Origin: Spirochaetota bacterium
GTDB taxonomy: Bacteria > Spirochaetota > UBA4802 > JAFGDQ01
Direction of reading: 5' to 3'
Length of the DNA: 64,000 bases
Assembly (NCBI GenBank): GCA_043803405.1
Contig: JAZDKB010000015.1
Coordinates: forward strand, 174,780-238,779
The position numbers were made by a program, and so were the translations under genes. Shown piece by piece: positions 30,061 through 40,966 of the stretch (its first letter is position 1; each line of letters opens with the position of its first letter). Below the pieces are notes generated by a model. The model worked only from the letters and a program-made list of their open reading frames with translations, made no database searches and was not told where the DNA came from.

Positions 30061-30765
30061 TTATGCTTTTATCATCCTTACGGAATCAAAATATCTATTA
30101 GGCGTTATTCCGACATGCTTTTTGAAAATTCTGATTAAATGGCTCTGATCATAAAAACCGCATGAGAAAGCAACATCCATTTTATCCTTTTGCTGCATTC
30201 CTCTTTCTTTAAATTTTTTCACCCTAGATTGCAAAATATACTGATGTAATGATAAACCTACCACTTCTTTAAACAAATGAAGAAGATAATGCGGGCTCAG
30301 GCCAATATTATGCGCCAGTAAATCAACTGTCAGTTGTTTTGTGTAATTATTATCTATATATTTCAGTATTTCATCTATCTTACTATATTTTTTCTTGTAA
30401 CTGTACTTGCTTTGTTTTAAATAATAGGAAATAAGAGATCTAAAATTCCCATTCTTAAAAGCTTTATGAAACTTTTTATCAAAATTAGTTCCCTCATAAA
30501 GCTGATTAATGTCATCAGCACATATAATCGAATAACTGGCTTCATCAACATAACTCATGTGAACTTTATACGGCGGCACAATGAATAAATCATCTTTCTT
30601 TAATTCAATTTTTTTCCCATCAATAAATAATACTTTTGTACCGGAATCAATCCGTCCTATGCAAATCCTTCTGTTAATGTGCATCGGAAAAACATGAGAT
30701 AAGTTGTTTACCTCTAGTATTTCTAAAGAAGAATTTGATATTAATGTTTTATATTCCGTTTGCAT
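30061..30765 (-). CDS. AraC-family regulator
   Basis: Cupin-like N-terminus; LSPHYLLHLFK and GFYDQSHL.R.FK..VG.TP. Confidence 0.88.
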   Translation of the reverse strand: MQTEYKTLISNSSLEILEVNNLSHVFPMHINRRICIGRIDSGTKVLFIDGKKIELKKDDLFIVPPYKVHMSYVDEASYSIICADDINQLYEGTNFDKKFHKAFKNGNFRSLISYYLKQSKYSYKKKYSKIDEILKYIDNNYTKQLTVDLLAHNIGLSPHYLLHLFKEVVGLSLHQYILQSRVKKFKERGMQQKDKMDVAFSCGFYDQSHLIRIFKKHVGITPNRYFDSVRMIKA

Positions 30766-30770
30766 GATGA

Positions 30771-31157
30771 TCAGTTCAACGGCGGAGTAAATTTTGCCAA
30801 AAGGATCATACCTTTTTTACCGGCTTTAATGTTATGCAGAATATTTCCCGGGATTAAAGAAATAACACCAGGATAATAATTTAAAGTCGTATTATCAACC
30901 ATCGCTTCTCCATCTCCATCAATTATCTCATGTAATTCCGCTTTGCCTTCATGGATATGATTGCCTATCTCATGATTCGGCTCAATTTTCACTATCATGG
31001 CGCTTAAATTATTATTGCTGTCCGAACCGGTAAATAAATTTTTTATAAATACGCCTTCAAATTTAGGATGCTTTTCCCATTGAATACTTGAAGTATTGTT
31101 AAGCTTTTCCCCATTGATAAAAACACTGCCATTTTCCAGCCAATTAGCATTATTCAT
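30771..31157 (-). CDS. cupin-domain protein
   Basis: HIH..AELH....G.G...PG..LH cupin motifs; GGAGG RBS. Confidence 0.85.
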   Translation of the reverse strand: MNNANWLENGSVFINGEKLNNTSSIQWEKHPKFEGVFIKNLFTGSDSNNNLSAMIVKIEPNHEIGNHIHEGKAELHEIIDGDGEAMVDNTTLNYYPGVISLIPGNILHNIKAGKKGMILLAKFTPPLN

Positions 31158-31364
31158 TTAATAACCTCCATTAAATTTATTACAATAAGGATAATATATT
31201 TATTGGAAAGTGTATTGTATAAAGTTGCGGTTAATAAAAAAATAATAAAACTAACATCCCAAATACAGATCACATACAATCGAAAATAGCTATAGCATCC
31301 ATACAGGCATCAGAAATAAAAGTATTATTATTCAATAATTCAGTAGATTTAATCATCGTATAGC

Positions 31365-32159
31365 TTAATCAACATAGTAATCAATTGTAATATTTTTAAT
31401 TTTATCGTTTTTAAATTCAAAAGTTATACTGTCTGGGTCAGAAGAAAAAGCAAGAGTGTCGTTCTCGTTTGTGACTGGTTCGCCGAATATTTTAATTATA
31501 TCATCCTTTGATTTTTTAAAATTAATACCATACTTCAGTTTTATTTTATCGTTTAGAATATATATATTCCGTAAGAACTGTTTAGAAAAATCGCGCGTCT
31601 GCACAATATAAAACCGATTATTTAGAAAACATATATCAATGCAATCAATGATTACACCTGCTGAATGTTCAATTTCACCTTTATGATTTATCTGCTTAGA
31701 TGGTTTACCAAACTGTGAAATCAAATACTGCAGCATTGAATTTCTTTTATTAGTCCTGGATTGAAAATTATAATTATGTACATACGGATTTTGGATGAAT
31801 GATTTTATGATCTTTTTATATTTGTCTTCACGTACTTTTTCAAGAAAATATTCTTTGGATAATAGGCCACTGCTTAGCACCCAGCCTTTTTGATTTTTAT
31901 AGATCACCTGCAGCCAGTACCAGTTTAATTCTTTTATTTCTGAAGCATAACTTATTTCCGACAATGGCTTTAATTTTGTCCCGTATGGGATCACTGCTAA
32001 AGTTTTGCTTTTTAGATAAGGTTCCTCTAACAGGTTTATACCTGCGTTTTCCGACACAATCCTCTCTTGGGATATTTCATCATTATGTATTTCATTATTG
32101 CTGCATGAAAATACATGTAGAACCAATAATAGCGGTAAAATAAAAAGTTGTTGTTTCAT
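31365..32159 (-). CDS. lipoprotein with bacterial SH3-like domain
   Basis: Lipobox VFSC; GINL.EEP...IPYG...WLQV.Y...GWV. Confidence 0.7.
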   Translation of the reverse strand: MKQQLFILPLLLVLHVFSCSNNEIHNDEISQERIVSENAGINLLEEPYLKSKTLAVIPYGTKLKPLSEISYASEIKELNWYWLQVIYKNQKGWVLSSGLLSKEYFLEKVREDKYKKIIKSFIQNPYVHNYNFQSRTNKRNSMLQYLISQFGKPSKQINHKGEIEHSAGVIIDCIDICFLNNRFYIVQTRDFSKQFLRNIYILNDKIKLKYGINFKKSKDDIIKIFGEPVTNENDTLAFSSDPDSITFEFKNDKIKNITIDYYVD

Positions 32160-32234
32160 AATTTGACTTAAACTCCAAAAATTCGCTCTTCCAAAATTAT
32201 TACTTTAACAGACCACCATAATTTCTGTTTAGGT

Positions 32235-33191
32235 TTATTCAATATTAAAAACAGCCCAGCATATCCCCTTCACGACCTCACGCATTTTATTAAAATCAAG
32301 AGTATCAATAGTATCCGTATCCTGGTGATAGTTTGTGTTCCTGTAGAAGGCGGTATCCGTAACCATGACCGCATCATACCCGAACTTCCAGTAATTGCGG
32401 TGATCGGAGAAATCCAGCCCATGTATAAATGACGGAGCTTTCAGCATACTTACGTCAATCGATGATCTGCGCATGTGTCTGTCAATCTGATTGGCAAAAG
32501 TAGAACTCCCGTAATTACTTACGATTCCAATAAAGTTTCCTGTAGTGGGATAAAATAATTTTAAAATTCCAAGCGGATATGACTGAGATTTTTTTTCATC
32601 AGTGAAAAATCCGATCATCTCAAGACAAATCATTCCTTTTATGTTTACATTGCCTTTGCGTAATGACTCAGCATGAACATAACTTCCCATATTTTTAGTA
32701 CCGAAAAAAGGGGGCTCTTCAAGAGTATATGCAACGAACTCGATCCCGTATGGCAGCCTGCTTTCATGAGTTTTTGCAAAGCGGGCGATTTCGAGCAGCC
32801 CCGCAACCGCGCTCGCATTGTCATCTGCGCCTGGCTGGCTGCCGCATACATCATAGTGAGCTCCGATAATCAGGCGGCTGCCATCCCGGGGTCCGGCATT
32901 GGCTATGATATTCCGGTAGATTTTTTCAGACACAATAAATTTCTGCTCACGGGTATTTAGTCCGAATTTTTTAAATTCTTGGAGGATAAATTCAGATGCT
33001 TTAATCATCGATACCGGATGTTCGTAGTTTCGCGGAGGATCAATCGAAGTAAGATACTGAATAGTTTTCTTCATGCTTTCTAAACGGATGTCAGGTTCAG
33101 GATAAAAGTACTGCTTGCTAGCGCATCCGGATGTCAGGATCACGAAAATGAGAAGCAGCCTAATATTATGCTGGTTAAATTTACTGTTCAT
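32235..33191 (-). CDS. M28-family metallopeptidase (lipoprotein)
   Basis: GAHYD, GADDNASAVA, LEEPP, LEMIG and SDH. Confidence 0.9.
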   Translation of the reverse strand: MNSKFNQHNIRLLLIFVILTSGCASKQYFYPEPDIRLESMKKTIQYLTSIDPPRNYEHPVSMIKASEFILQEFKKFGLNTREQKFIVSEKIYRNIIANAGPRDGSRLIIGAHYDVCGSQPGADDNASAVAGLLEIARFAKTHESRLPYGIEFVAYTLEEPPFFGTKNMGSYVHAESLRKGNVNIKGMICLEMIGFFTDEKKSQSYPLGILKLFYPTTGNFIGIVSNYGSSTFANQIDRHMRRSSIDVSMLKAPSFIHGLDFSDHRNYWKFGYDAVMVTDTAFYRNTNYHQDTDTIDTLDFNKMREVVKGICWAVFNIE

Positions 33192-33273
33192 GATTTTCTC
33201 CGAGAAATCACAATACGATGAACTTTACACTCTTTCGAGTTTGCTTTTAGCAGTTTGCAAACCAAAGAAAAAA

Positions 33274-33801
33274 TTACTCAGGAGGCCTGTACCCGATTTT
33301 AAATTTAAAAGCCCACAATGACGCCCCGTCAAATGTTGGAACCCGTGATGCGGGACTGTTATGAAAATATCCTTTTTTAGTGACTATACCGATATGGCAG
33401 TTTCCTCCGCCTGTGCATTTCCCGTCCTTTCTTCCGCTGAATCTGTTAACCCAGACAATAACATCTCCCGGCTTCAGACTGCTTTCATCTTCTATTTTTT
33501 TCCAGTGTCTTAGCAATTCCTCAACCCTTCCCACTCCCAGCATTATTTCTTTAATCGCACCGGCCTTTTGCAGTATGATTGTGGCAACCTTTGCACATGC
33601 CCATTTGCCGTATCTGGTATCTGCATCGTTGGTTCTGATTCCATAAAGTTTTACGATACCATTTTCATCAGTAAAATACTTCTTATCCAGGGCTTTGCAC
33701 GCAACATCGTTAATTGCCTTTGCGTTTTGAGCAAAAGCAGAAGAAGTAAACAGGCTATGTGTAAGTAAGATAACGAATAAATATATTTTAATTTGTGTCA
33801 T
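33274..33801 (-). CDS. exported NlpC/P60-like (papain-fold) amidase candidate
   Basis: Signal peptide; WACA...LKPGDVIVW...HIGIV Cys/His arrangement. Confidence 0.55.
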   Translation of the reverse strand: MTQIKIYLFVILLTHSLFTSSAFAQNAKAINDVACKALDKKYFTDENGIVKLYGIRTNDADTRYGKWACAKVATIILQKAGAIKEIMLGVGRVEELLRHWKKIEDESSLKPGDVIVWVNRFSGRKDGKCTGGGNCHIGIVTKKGYFHNSPASRVPTFDGASLWAFKFKIGYRPPE

Positions 33802-33837
33802 AGGCTGTTTATTTTATTCAGATCAAAAATTTCTGCT

Positions 33838-34317
33838 TTATTCTTTATTATCCGGCAAGCCTTCAATCCGGTGCCACATATTTTTAAAGCGAAAAAAATA
33901 AAACCAGAGTAATAACGAACCGGTTAAAGCTGCAGCAATTATTGCGCATAATGCCTGTCCAATTGCCATAAGCCCATGCCTTATGCCGTCAACGATCACA
34001 TATGGCGGATTTACAGCTAAAAATAATGCGAAGAATATTATAAATGATCCGGTATATATGAATATTACTGAAAAAACAGTAAAATACCAGCGGCATAGCC
34101 TGAATAATATCCTTTGCAATGTATGTTTTCGAATGACCAAAAAAACAGGAATTATAAACGAACAAAGATAGACAAAAAGAAAAACGCATAGAAGAAAATT
34201 TGGTACATCTTTTAATGAACCGTTTATAATTAAAAACATTTGCGGAACTGCTGCATATGCGATAAATATGACATCAATTATAAAACTAACGTTGTTTTTC
34301 AAATTATTAAAACCCAT
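33838..34317 (-). CDS. hypothetical membrane protein
   Basis: About four hydrophobic segments. Confidence 0.6.
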   Translation of the reverse strand: MGFNNLKNNVSFIIDVIFIAYAAVPQMFLIINGSLKDVPNFLLCVFLFVYLCSFIIPVFLVIRKHTLQRILFRLCRWYFTVFSVIFIYTGSFIIFFALFLAVNPPYVIVDGIRHGLMAIGQALCAIIAAALTGSLLLWFYFFRFKNMWHRIEGLPDNKE

Positions 34318-34358
34318 TTTAAAAATTGTTAAGATTATTTAAGCAAAAGCCTAATCGA

Positions 34359-34685
34359 TTATTTCAGTTCGGGACTTCCATCCCCTTTTTTCCATTTGCC
34401 GTCTGGATCGCCCAGCATTTGGCCGTTGGTTACTCCTGAACCATTGGAACATTTTTTCGCGAGAGTAACATCCCATATTCTTCCGTTTGCTTCATAGTCT
34501 TTGCCGAACTGTGTCAGATTATCATCCAATCCTTTTCCATCAGCATGACAGATAGCGCACGAAAATTTTTTGCCGTTCGGAATATTCCTGATGTCCCTTG
34601 ATTTGCCGGATACTTTGTAAGAAAATAAAAATGCGGCTGCAATTAACGCAGAATAGACAACAATGCTCCTTCTGAAACGATTCAT
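34359..34685 (-). CDS. small exported CxxCH protein with temptin-like motif
   Basis: Signal peptide; IPNG..CAICH..FGKDY...W...NG..LGDP..W. Confidence 0.65.
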   Translation of the reverse strand: MNRFRRSIVVYSALIAAAFLFSYKVSGKSRDIRNIPNGKKFSCAICHADGKGLDDNLTQFGKDYEANGRIWDVTLAKKCSNGSGVTNGQMLGDPDGKWKKGDGSPELK

Positions 34686-34796
34686 ATTATATCCTTATTG
34701 AATACTAAATATTACAAGTCATCTCAAAATTAGATTTTATGTTCGATAAATTGAATTACTCACAAAATTTTTAAGATAACTTGTTATAAATTCCTG

Positions 34797-36137
34797 TTAT
34801 ATTGAAAATCTTTCAAGATGAATCCGTGATTTTTTAATTTTTAATATCTTCAGTGCATGAAGCACTCTCCGCAGCATTGGAGCAGGTCCGCAAAAATAAA
34901 ATCCCGTTTCCTCTATTTTTAGACCCCCGATTTTGAATATTGTTTCAATTTTTTCTTCATCGATAATGCCTTTTTTACCATTCCATTCATCTTCACGGAA
35001 TACTACCGGAATATAATGAAAATTTTTCATATCTTTCTTTAATAATTCTGCATCGTCAAACATAATCAGATCGCGCTTGTAATCAACGCCCCAGAACAAT
35101 ATGACCGGCCTGTTCCTGTCGCAAGCGTGCATGTATCTGAGCATACTAAGCGCCGGAGTAATACCGATGCCGCCGACAATAAAAACGATACCTTTCTCCT
35201 CAGGATGAAGCAGATAAGAGAATCTTCCATACGGTGCGTCAATATAAGCTTTATAGCCGGTTTTAACATTTGCAATAGCTGAACTGTAATCGCCCAGAGC
35301 TTTGATTGTTATAGATATGCGCGTTTTATCCATAGGATGGGATACTATGGTAAACGGATGTTCCTCACGTTTTATTCCTTCACCTTTAATTCTGAAAAAT
35401 CCGAACTGGCCCGGAAGATAATTAAAAATTTTTCCATTGTCCGGTACAAGAACAAGCGTTTTAATATCATCAGAAAACGAAATCACCTCTTTTACTGTAT
35501 ATGGGTTGCGAATTACAAATATCAATTTTATAAATTTATGATAAATATAAAAACATAGACCTATTGCAAGGTACATAAAAAATGCCAAATTTACATAAGG
35601 ACTTACCTGTGCGGAACACGTCTTTGTAACATGAACGTACATTACAATAATAGCCGGGAGGGCAATGTTATGAAGCGCAACCTGGTACTCATATTTCGCG
35701 ATATACAGTTTCTCGCAAAATTTCCGGAATCGAAAAAACGGCTCGAACCGCATTAAAAAAGAGTCGGATATAAACACGAGTGCAAAAACGCAAACGCAGC
35801 AAAAGAGAATGAAAGCCGCATCCCCGAATCTTCCTGCAGGTATTTCGCCCAGAGCAGACTCTTCGATAATTTTATGTGCCAGAACCAATACCAGGCACAA
35901 AAATGCCATAACGGCATGTATTCTATAAAAGCGGTCCTGCCCGAACTCTTTCTCTAAAAATTTAACTCTGGATATCAGAACAAATTCCGCAATTAACCAT
36001 GCATAAGCTGTTGCGCCCAATATCATTCCTATAAGGAGAGCAATATCTGAATATTTTTCCGGATCGGCAATGAACAATACTACGCACAAAGGCACAGGAC
36101 TTAAAAAATATAATGTTATCAGGATTACCTTTTTCAT
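34797..36137 (-). CDS. ferric-reductase-like transmembrane protein with FAD/NAD(P)-binding domain
   Basis: Six TM segments with paired His (RIH..LAH, ALH..VH); PGQF, EEHPFT, DAPYG, GGIGITP and FCGP. Confidence 0.88.
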   Translation of the reverse strand: MKKVILITLYFLSPVPLCVVLFIADPEKYSDIALLIGMILGATAYAWLIAEFVLISRVKFLEKEFGQDRFYRIHAVMAFLCLVLVLAHKIIEESALGEIPAGRFGDAAFILFCCVCVFALVFISDSFLMRFEPFFRFRKFCEKLYIAKYEYQVALHNIALPAIIVMYVHVTKTCSAQVSPYVNLAFFMYLAIGLCFYIYHKFIKLIFVIRNPYTVKEVISFSDDIKTLVLVPDNGKIFNYLPGQFGFFRIKGEGIKREEHPFTIVSHPMDKTRISITIKALGDYSSAIANVKTGYKAYIDAPYGRFSYLLHPEEKGIVFIVGGIGITPALSMLRYMHACDRNRPVILFWGVDYKRDLIMFDDAELLKKDMKNFHYIPVVFREDEWNGKKGIIDEEKIETIFKIGGLKIEETGFYFCGPAPMLRRVLHALKILKIKKSRIHLERFSI

Positions 36138-36289
36138 AAATTGTTTTTTTTAATGACAATTATTTGGTAAATATAATATTTTCAAGAATATAATTTTCGA
36201 TAATTTTTATTTTGACTTTTCCGTTATTAATAATAGCAATATCAATTGACCCGTGCAATCATTTATCTTAAGAATATAAAGGTATATAA

Positions 36290-36826
36290 ATGAAAAAAAT
36301 ACTGTTTTTAACAATTTGTTTCCTTAGCTTCATCTCATCGCAGATATTTGCAGAAAATAATATTAGTTATCTTCATCAAAAGAATTTTGCATATAACACA
36401 AACTGGCAATATAATATTTCTTTGCTTGCATTATCCGACGCAAATACATCGTCTGAAACCAGGGCTGTAAAAGCAAAATCGTCCGGAATAAATCTACACA
36501 GGATTCTGGGCTGGTCTACGATTCTTTCTGCTGCTGCAACGATTATAACCGGAGCTGCCGGTGCAGGCGATGATAAAATTCATTGCGGTCTTGCAGGACT
36601 ATCGACAGTGCTTGCAGCAGTTACCTGCGCAAATGGTTTTTATGAGTATAACGATACGATCGGATTTGACGGCGATAAACGCTATACTGCACACGCGGCT
36701 GCGGGCATGTTCGCGACTGCAGGATTCGCCGCCTCATTGCTGCTGGCGGACGGCAAAAGCCATGCTGCAGCAGGTAGTATATCGGGGGCAGCGTTTTTAT
36801 TTACAGTTGGAATTATTTACTTTTAA
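36290..36826 (+). CDS. hypothetical membrane protein
   Basis: Signal peptide plus four His-containing hydrophobic segments. Confidence 0.65.
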   Translation: MKKILFLTICFLSFISSQIFAENNISYLHQKNFAYNTNWQYNISLLALSDANTSSETRAVKAKSSGINLHRILGWSTILSAAATIITGAAGAGDDKIHCGLAGLSTVLAAVTCANGFYEYNDTIGFDGDKRYTAHAAAGMFATAGFAASLLLADGKSHAAAGSISGAAFLFTVGIIYF

Positions 36827-37107
36827 ATTAGCATTGTAAGATATGCTTCATGGCTGCTTTAATAGCTTCAGTAATTAATTCTCTGGAACATCAGCCTATT
36901 CGTTCTTCATTTTATTCTGTGCCCTGTACCGCAAAAAATTTATAAGTTATCCTGATTATAAAAGATATAGAAATCATAATAGTTTTGAATATAGACTGTC
37001 AGGTTTTTTCTGAAAAACTTATATACAATAAAAAATTATTGTTTTAATTTAGTATTGCTATTATTCTTTTAATATCACTCTTACCCATTATTTTAAAGGA
37101 AACAGAT

Positions 37108-37222
37108 TATACTTATTGCAAATCTAAAGTGTCATTTCGACCGAAGAGGGAAATCTATCTTTGGAAATTAAGAGATTTCTCGTCGCTACGCACCTCGAAA
37201 TGACAGTTCTGCAACAAGTCTA
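37108..37222. repeat. REP-type palindrome with MITE-like flanks
   Basis: Perfect 11-bp IR TGTCATTTCGA / TCGAAATGACA (37130-37205), inner GAAATCT/AGATTTC stem, and outer imperfect IR TATACTTATTGCAAA / TCTGCAACAAGTCTA. Confidence 0.65.
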
Positions 37223-37371
37223 TTATATAAATACAAATCGAATTAAAAGGATTTCTGATTCAATCAACCAATTTGCTGAAAAATAATGATTCGAAAAATG
37301 GAAATTAGTTTAATTTATATAATATGGTTACAATTTTTTATAGTTAAGAATAATAAATGAGGTATACATAT

Positions 37372-40065
37372 ATGAAACCGACGATTAAAAATAACAGCCC
37401 AGCCTGGCATACACTGTCCATCGAAGACGTATTCTCTCACTTAAAAGCAACACCCGCAGGCCTGACAGTACCGGAAGTGCTTGAGCGTATGGCGGAATAT
37501 GGTCCGAACGAACTGCAGGCCGCCCATCGCATATCGCCATGGACAATTCTTATTGATCAGTTTAAAAATGTATTAATTATCATACTTCTTGCAGCTACTG
37601 TACTTTCTTTTTTCCTTGGTCATGGCATTGAATCCATTGCCATTGCAGTTATAGTACTTTTTGCGGTGTTCCTGGGATTTATTCAGGAATTCCGGGCAGA
37701 GCGCGCAATTGAGGCTTTGAGACAAATGGCAGCGCCGACTGCTGCAGTGCTCCGCGATGGACAGGAAGTAAGCCTTCCAGCCAGGGAACTTGTTCCCGGG
37801 GATGTTATAGTGCTGACTGCAGGCAACAAAATCCCGGCAGACGCAAGGTTGCTCGAATCCGTCAATCTGCAGGTCGAAGAAGCTGCGCTTACCGGAGAAT
37901 CGCTGCCGGTAGACAAGAATACATCAGTTCTTGACAACCGCGATCTGGCCTTGGGAGATCGAAAAAATATGATTTTTGCCGGTACGGCCGCGACTTATGG
38001 ACGGGGCCGCGCGATGATTGTTGCAACAGGCATGAATACCGAGCTTGGCAAGATAGCTCAAATGCTAGAGACAGTTGAAACAGGCAAGACTCCTCTGCAG
38101 GAAAATCTCAATAAGGTCGGCCACATGCTGGCACGTGCAGCACTTGTAATAGTTGCACTTATTGTAGCACTCGGACTGTTCAGGGGTCAGCCGGTCATCG
38201 AGATGCTGATATTCGGTATCGCTCTGGCTGTGGCTGTAGTCCCTGAAGCCTTGCCAGCCGTGGTTACCATCTCACTCGCTCTTGGAGTACAGAGGATGGT
38301 AAAACGCAACGCGCTTATGCGGCGCCTTCCGGCTGTTGAGACGCTTGGCAGTACGTCAGTTATCTGTTCCGATAAAACAGGTACGCTTACAAAAGATGAG
38401 ATGACTGCCCGCAAAATTTTTGCCGGAGGACAAATTCTGGAAATATCCGGAGCCGGTTATGATCCGAAAGGCAAATTCTCGTTAAATGGGACAATTGTTG
38501 AGCCATCCGGCCCTTTACTGCAGCTGCTTAAAGCATCCGCTCTTGCCTCCGACGCTCATATAACTCATGATGAGGAAGACGGCCGCTGGCATGTTAAAGG
38601 CGACCCTACCGAAGGCGCACTGGTAGTAGCTGCCGCCAAAGCCGGATTGTCCAAAGCGGATCTTGATTTGAAATTTCCCCGCGTTAATGAAATCCCATTC
38701 ACTTCAGAAACCAAACGCATGACTACTATTCATACAGGGTTCGGGGAGAGCATGGCTTTTTCCAAGGGCGCGCCGGAAGTTATCCTCGGTTCCTGTGTAA
38801 AGCAGTTAAGCACTGAAGGGGAAATATCGCTCGATACTGCCGGCAGGGATGCAATTCTTGAAACAGCCAGAAGTATGGCTGGCGAAGCCTTGCGTGTACT
38901 GGCTGTGGCAAGTAAGCAGGCTTCACAACCGGAAAACGCAGAAAATGAAATGACCTTTCTCGGATTGGTGGGAATGATTGACCCGCCGCGCCCTGAAGCA
39001 AAAGAGGCAATCCAGAAATGTGAGCAGGCCGGTATCAAAGTAGTAATGATCACAGGCGATCATCCAATCACAGCGCAGGCTGTTGCGCGCGAACTGGGGC
39101 TTCTTAAGACCGGGCGCGTTATTACAGGCATAGAACTTGAAGCAATGAGCGAAGAAGAATTCGACCGGGAGGTCAAAAACATCGAGGTTTATGCCCGTGT
39201 CTCTCCGGCTCATAAATTGCGCGTGGTTACTGCCATGCAGAAGAAAGGTTACGTTGTCGCGATGACAGGCGACGGTGTGAATGACGCGCCGGCTCTCAAG
39301 AAAGCAGATATCGGAATCGCGATGGGCATCACCGGAACTGACGTTACAAAAGAGGCTGCCGCAATGACGCTTACGGATGATAACTTTGCTTCAATCGTAG
39401 CTGCTGTTGAAGAAGGCCGTGGCATTTTCAGCAACATCAAGAAATATCTTATGTACCTGATCTCATCCAATATAGGCGAAATCGGTTTAATGGCAGGGGC
39501 AACTCTAATGGGACTGCCGCTGCCTTTGACGGCAGTGCAAATCCTGTACGTTAACCTGGCAACTGACGGCCTGCCCGCTCTGGCTTTATCAGTTGACCCG
39601 CGCGAACCGGACCTTATGCTTCGCAAACCGCGTAATCCGCGCACTGGTATTTTTACAAGGCCGGTTATAGTCCTTATGGTAACCGGTGGAGTATGGTCTG
39701 CACTTGTAAACTTAAGCCTGTTCGCATGGGCGCTGAATACTGACAGGAGTGTTGAAGAAGCCATTACTATGACTTTCGTTTCACTGGTGCTCATCCAGTT
39801 CTTTAAAGCCTATAACTTTCGCTCCGACCGCAATTCAGTGCTTAACCGGCCGTTCATCAATAAGTGGCTTAACATAGCCATACTGTGGGAACTTGCGTTG
39901 CTGGCACTCATCATTTATATTCCTTTCCTGCAGAGACCGTTCGGAACCTTTAGTTTGCCGTTGATTGATTTGATAATAATTATCCTTCTTTCGCTTACTA
40001 TTTCACCTGTACTTGAATTAGTGAAGTGGATGGAACGTCGCGGCTGGTTCGGTACGCTGAACTAG
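37372..40065 (+). CDS. cation-transporting P-type ATPase (P2A, Ca2+-type)
   Basis: [44 protein letters not shown] and NLATDG. Confidence 0.95.
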   Translation: MKPTIKNNSPAWHTLSIEDVFSHLKATPAGLTVPEVLERMAEYGPNELQAAHRISPWTILIDQFKNVLIIILLAATVLSFFLGHGIESIAIAVIVLFAVFLGFIQEFRAERAIEALRQMAAPTAAVLRDGQEVSLPARELVPGDVIVLTAGNKIPADARLLESVNLQVEEAALTGESLPVDKNTSVLDNRDLALGDRKNMIFAGTAATYGRGRAMIVATGMNTELGKIAQMLETVETGKTPLQENLNKVGHMLARAALVIVALIVALGLFRGQPVIEMLIFGIALAVAVVPEALPAVVTISLALGVQRMVKRNALMRRLPAVETLGSTSVICSDKTGTLTKDEMTARKIFAGGQILEISGAGYDPKGKFSLNGTIVEPSGPLLQLLKASALASDAHITHDEEDGRWHVKGDPTEGALVVAAAKAGLSKADLDLKFPRVNEIPFTSETKRMTTIHTGFGESMAFSKGAPEVILGSCVKQLSTEGEISLDTAGRDAILETARSMAGEALRVLAVASKQASQPENAENEMTFLGLVGMIDPPRPEAKEAIQKCEQAGIKVVMITGDHPITAQAVARELGLLKTGRVITGIELEAMSEEEFDREVKNIEVYARVSPAHKLRVVTAMQKKGYVVAMTGDGVNDAPALKKADIGIAMGITGTDVTKEAAAMTLTDDNFASIVAAVEEGRGIFSNIKKYLMYLISSNIGEIGLMAGATLMGLPLPLTAVQILYVNLATDGLPALALSVDPREPDLMLRKPRNPRTGIFTRPVIVLMVTGGVWSALVNLSLFAWALNTDRSVEEAITMTFVSLVLIQFFKAYNFRSDRNSVLNRPFINKWLNIAILWELALLALIIYIPFLQRPFGTFSLPLIDLIIIILLSLTISPVLELVKWMERRGWFGTLN

Positions 40066-40243
40066 AAATTCAGCTTGGTAAAACTTTTTTTCAGCAAGAA
40101 TAAATATATTTAAAATATATTTTTTTCTATCGATAATATTTTCCACAATATTTAGAAACTATCGCAGTAAAATCTATTTGACTTTTAGGAATATTAAATT
40201 GAGATTTCCGTTAATAGTCTGTTTTCCAAAAAGGATTTTTATT

Positions 40244-40960
40244 ATGAGTTATAAATATGTCAGATGGGTTTTAATTTATATGATAATATTTGCACTTGTT
40301 TTTACTGCAAAATTATATGCCCAGGAAGATGCAACTCCAAGTGAAAATTCACCCAGAAGATATTTCAATGCCTATATTTATCCGGCATCATTAATATTAA
40401 CCTGCCTTATGCTCCCGGATTCTGACAATGATAAAGACAGCAACTATACAACTGAAAAAACTGAAAAAGACAGAACATATTTTACAAATATTTATTTAAC
40501 CTTTGAATTTATTCCGATCAATCCTTTAAGTATCATTATTACACCTTCATATCAGGGATGGAATTTTACGGATGAGGGATATGAAGATAAAGGTAAATTG
40601 AATCATGACAGGATAGGAGGCGATTTAGGATTACGTTTATATTTTACCGGAAATCCAAACTTGGATGGATTTTTTATTCAGGCAACAGGCGGTATGTACT
40701 ATTTCAGCAGAGATATTAATTATAAAGATAACTCTGTAAAAACTGCTTCGTACAGGGCTGTTTTATATCAGGGAATGGGATATATCGGTTATAAATACGG
40801 CGTAGCTTGTTTCAGCATAGGTGCCGGATATAATTATTATAAAGATAAAAAATTATCATATAAATATAAAGATGAAAGATATGATCTCAGGGAGGACATG
40901 GCGCAGAGAGGCTTTGCGATAGACGTATCACTTTCCATCGGATTATTCTATGAATATTAA
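40244..40960 (+). CDS. outer-membrane beta-barrel-like protein
   Basis: Signal peptide; aromatic-rich amphipathic strands; C-terminal SIGLFYEY. Confidence 0.6.
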   Translation: MSYKYVRWVLIYMIIFALVFTAKLYAQEDATPSENSPRRYFNAYIYPASLILTCLMLPDSDNDKDSNYTTEKTEKDRTYFTNIYLTFEFIPINPLSIIITPSYQGWNFTDEGYEDKGKLNHDRIGGDLGLRLYFTGNPNLDGFFIQATGGMYYFSRDINYKDNSVKTASYRAVLYQGMGYIGYKYGVACFSIGAGYNYYKDKKLSYKYKDERYDLREDMAQRGFAIDVSLSIGLFYEY

Positions 40961-40966
40961 ACAGAT

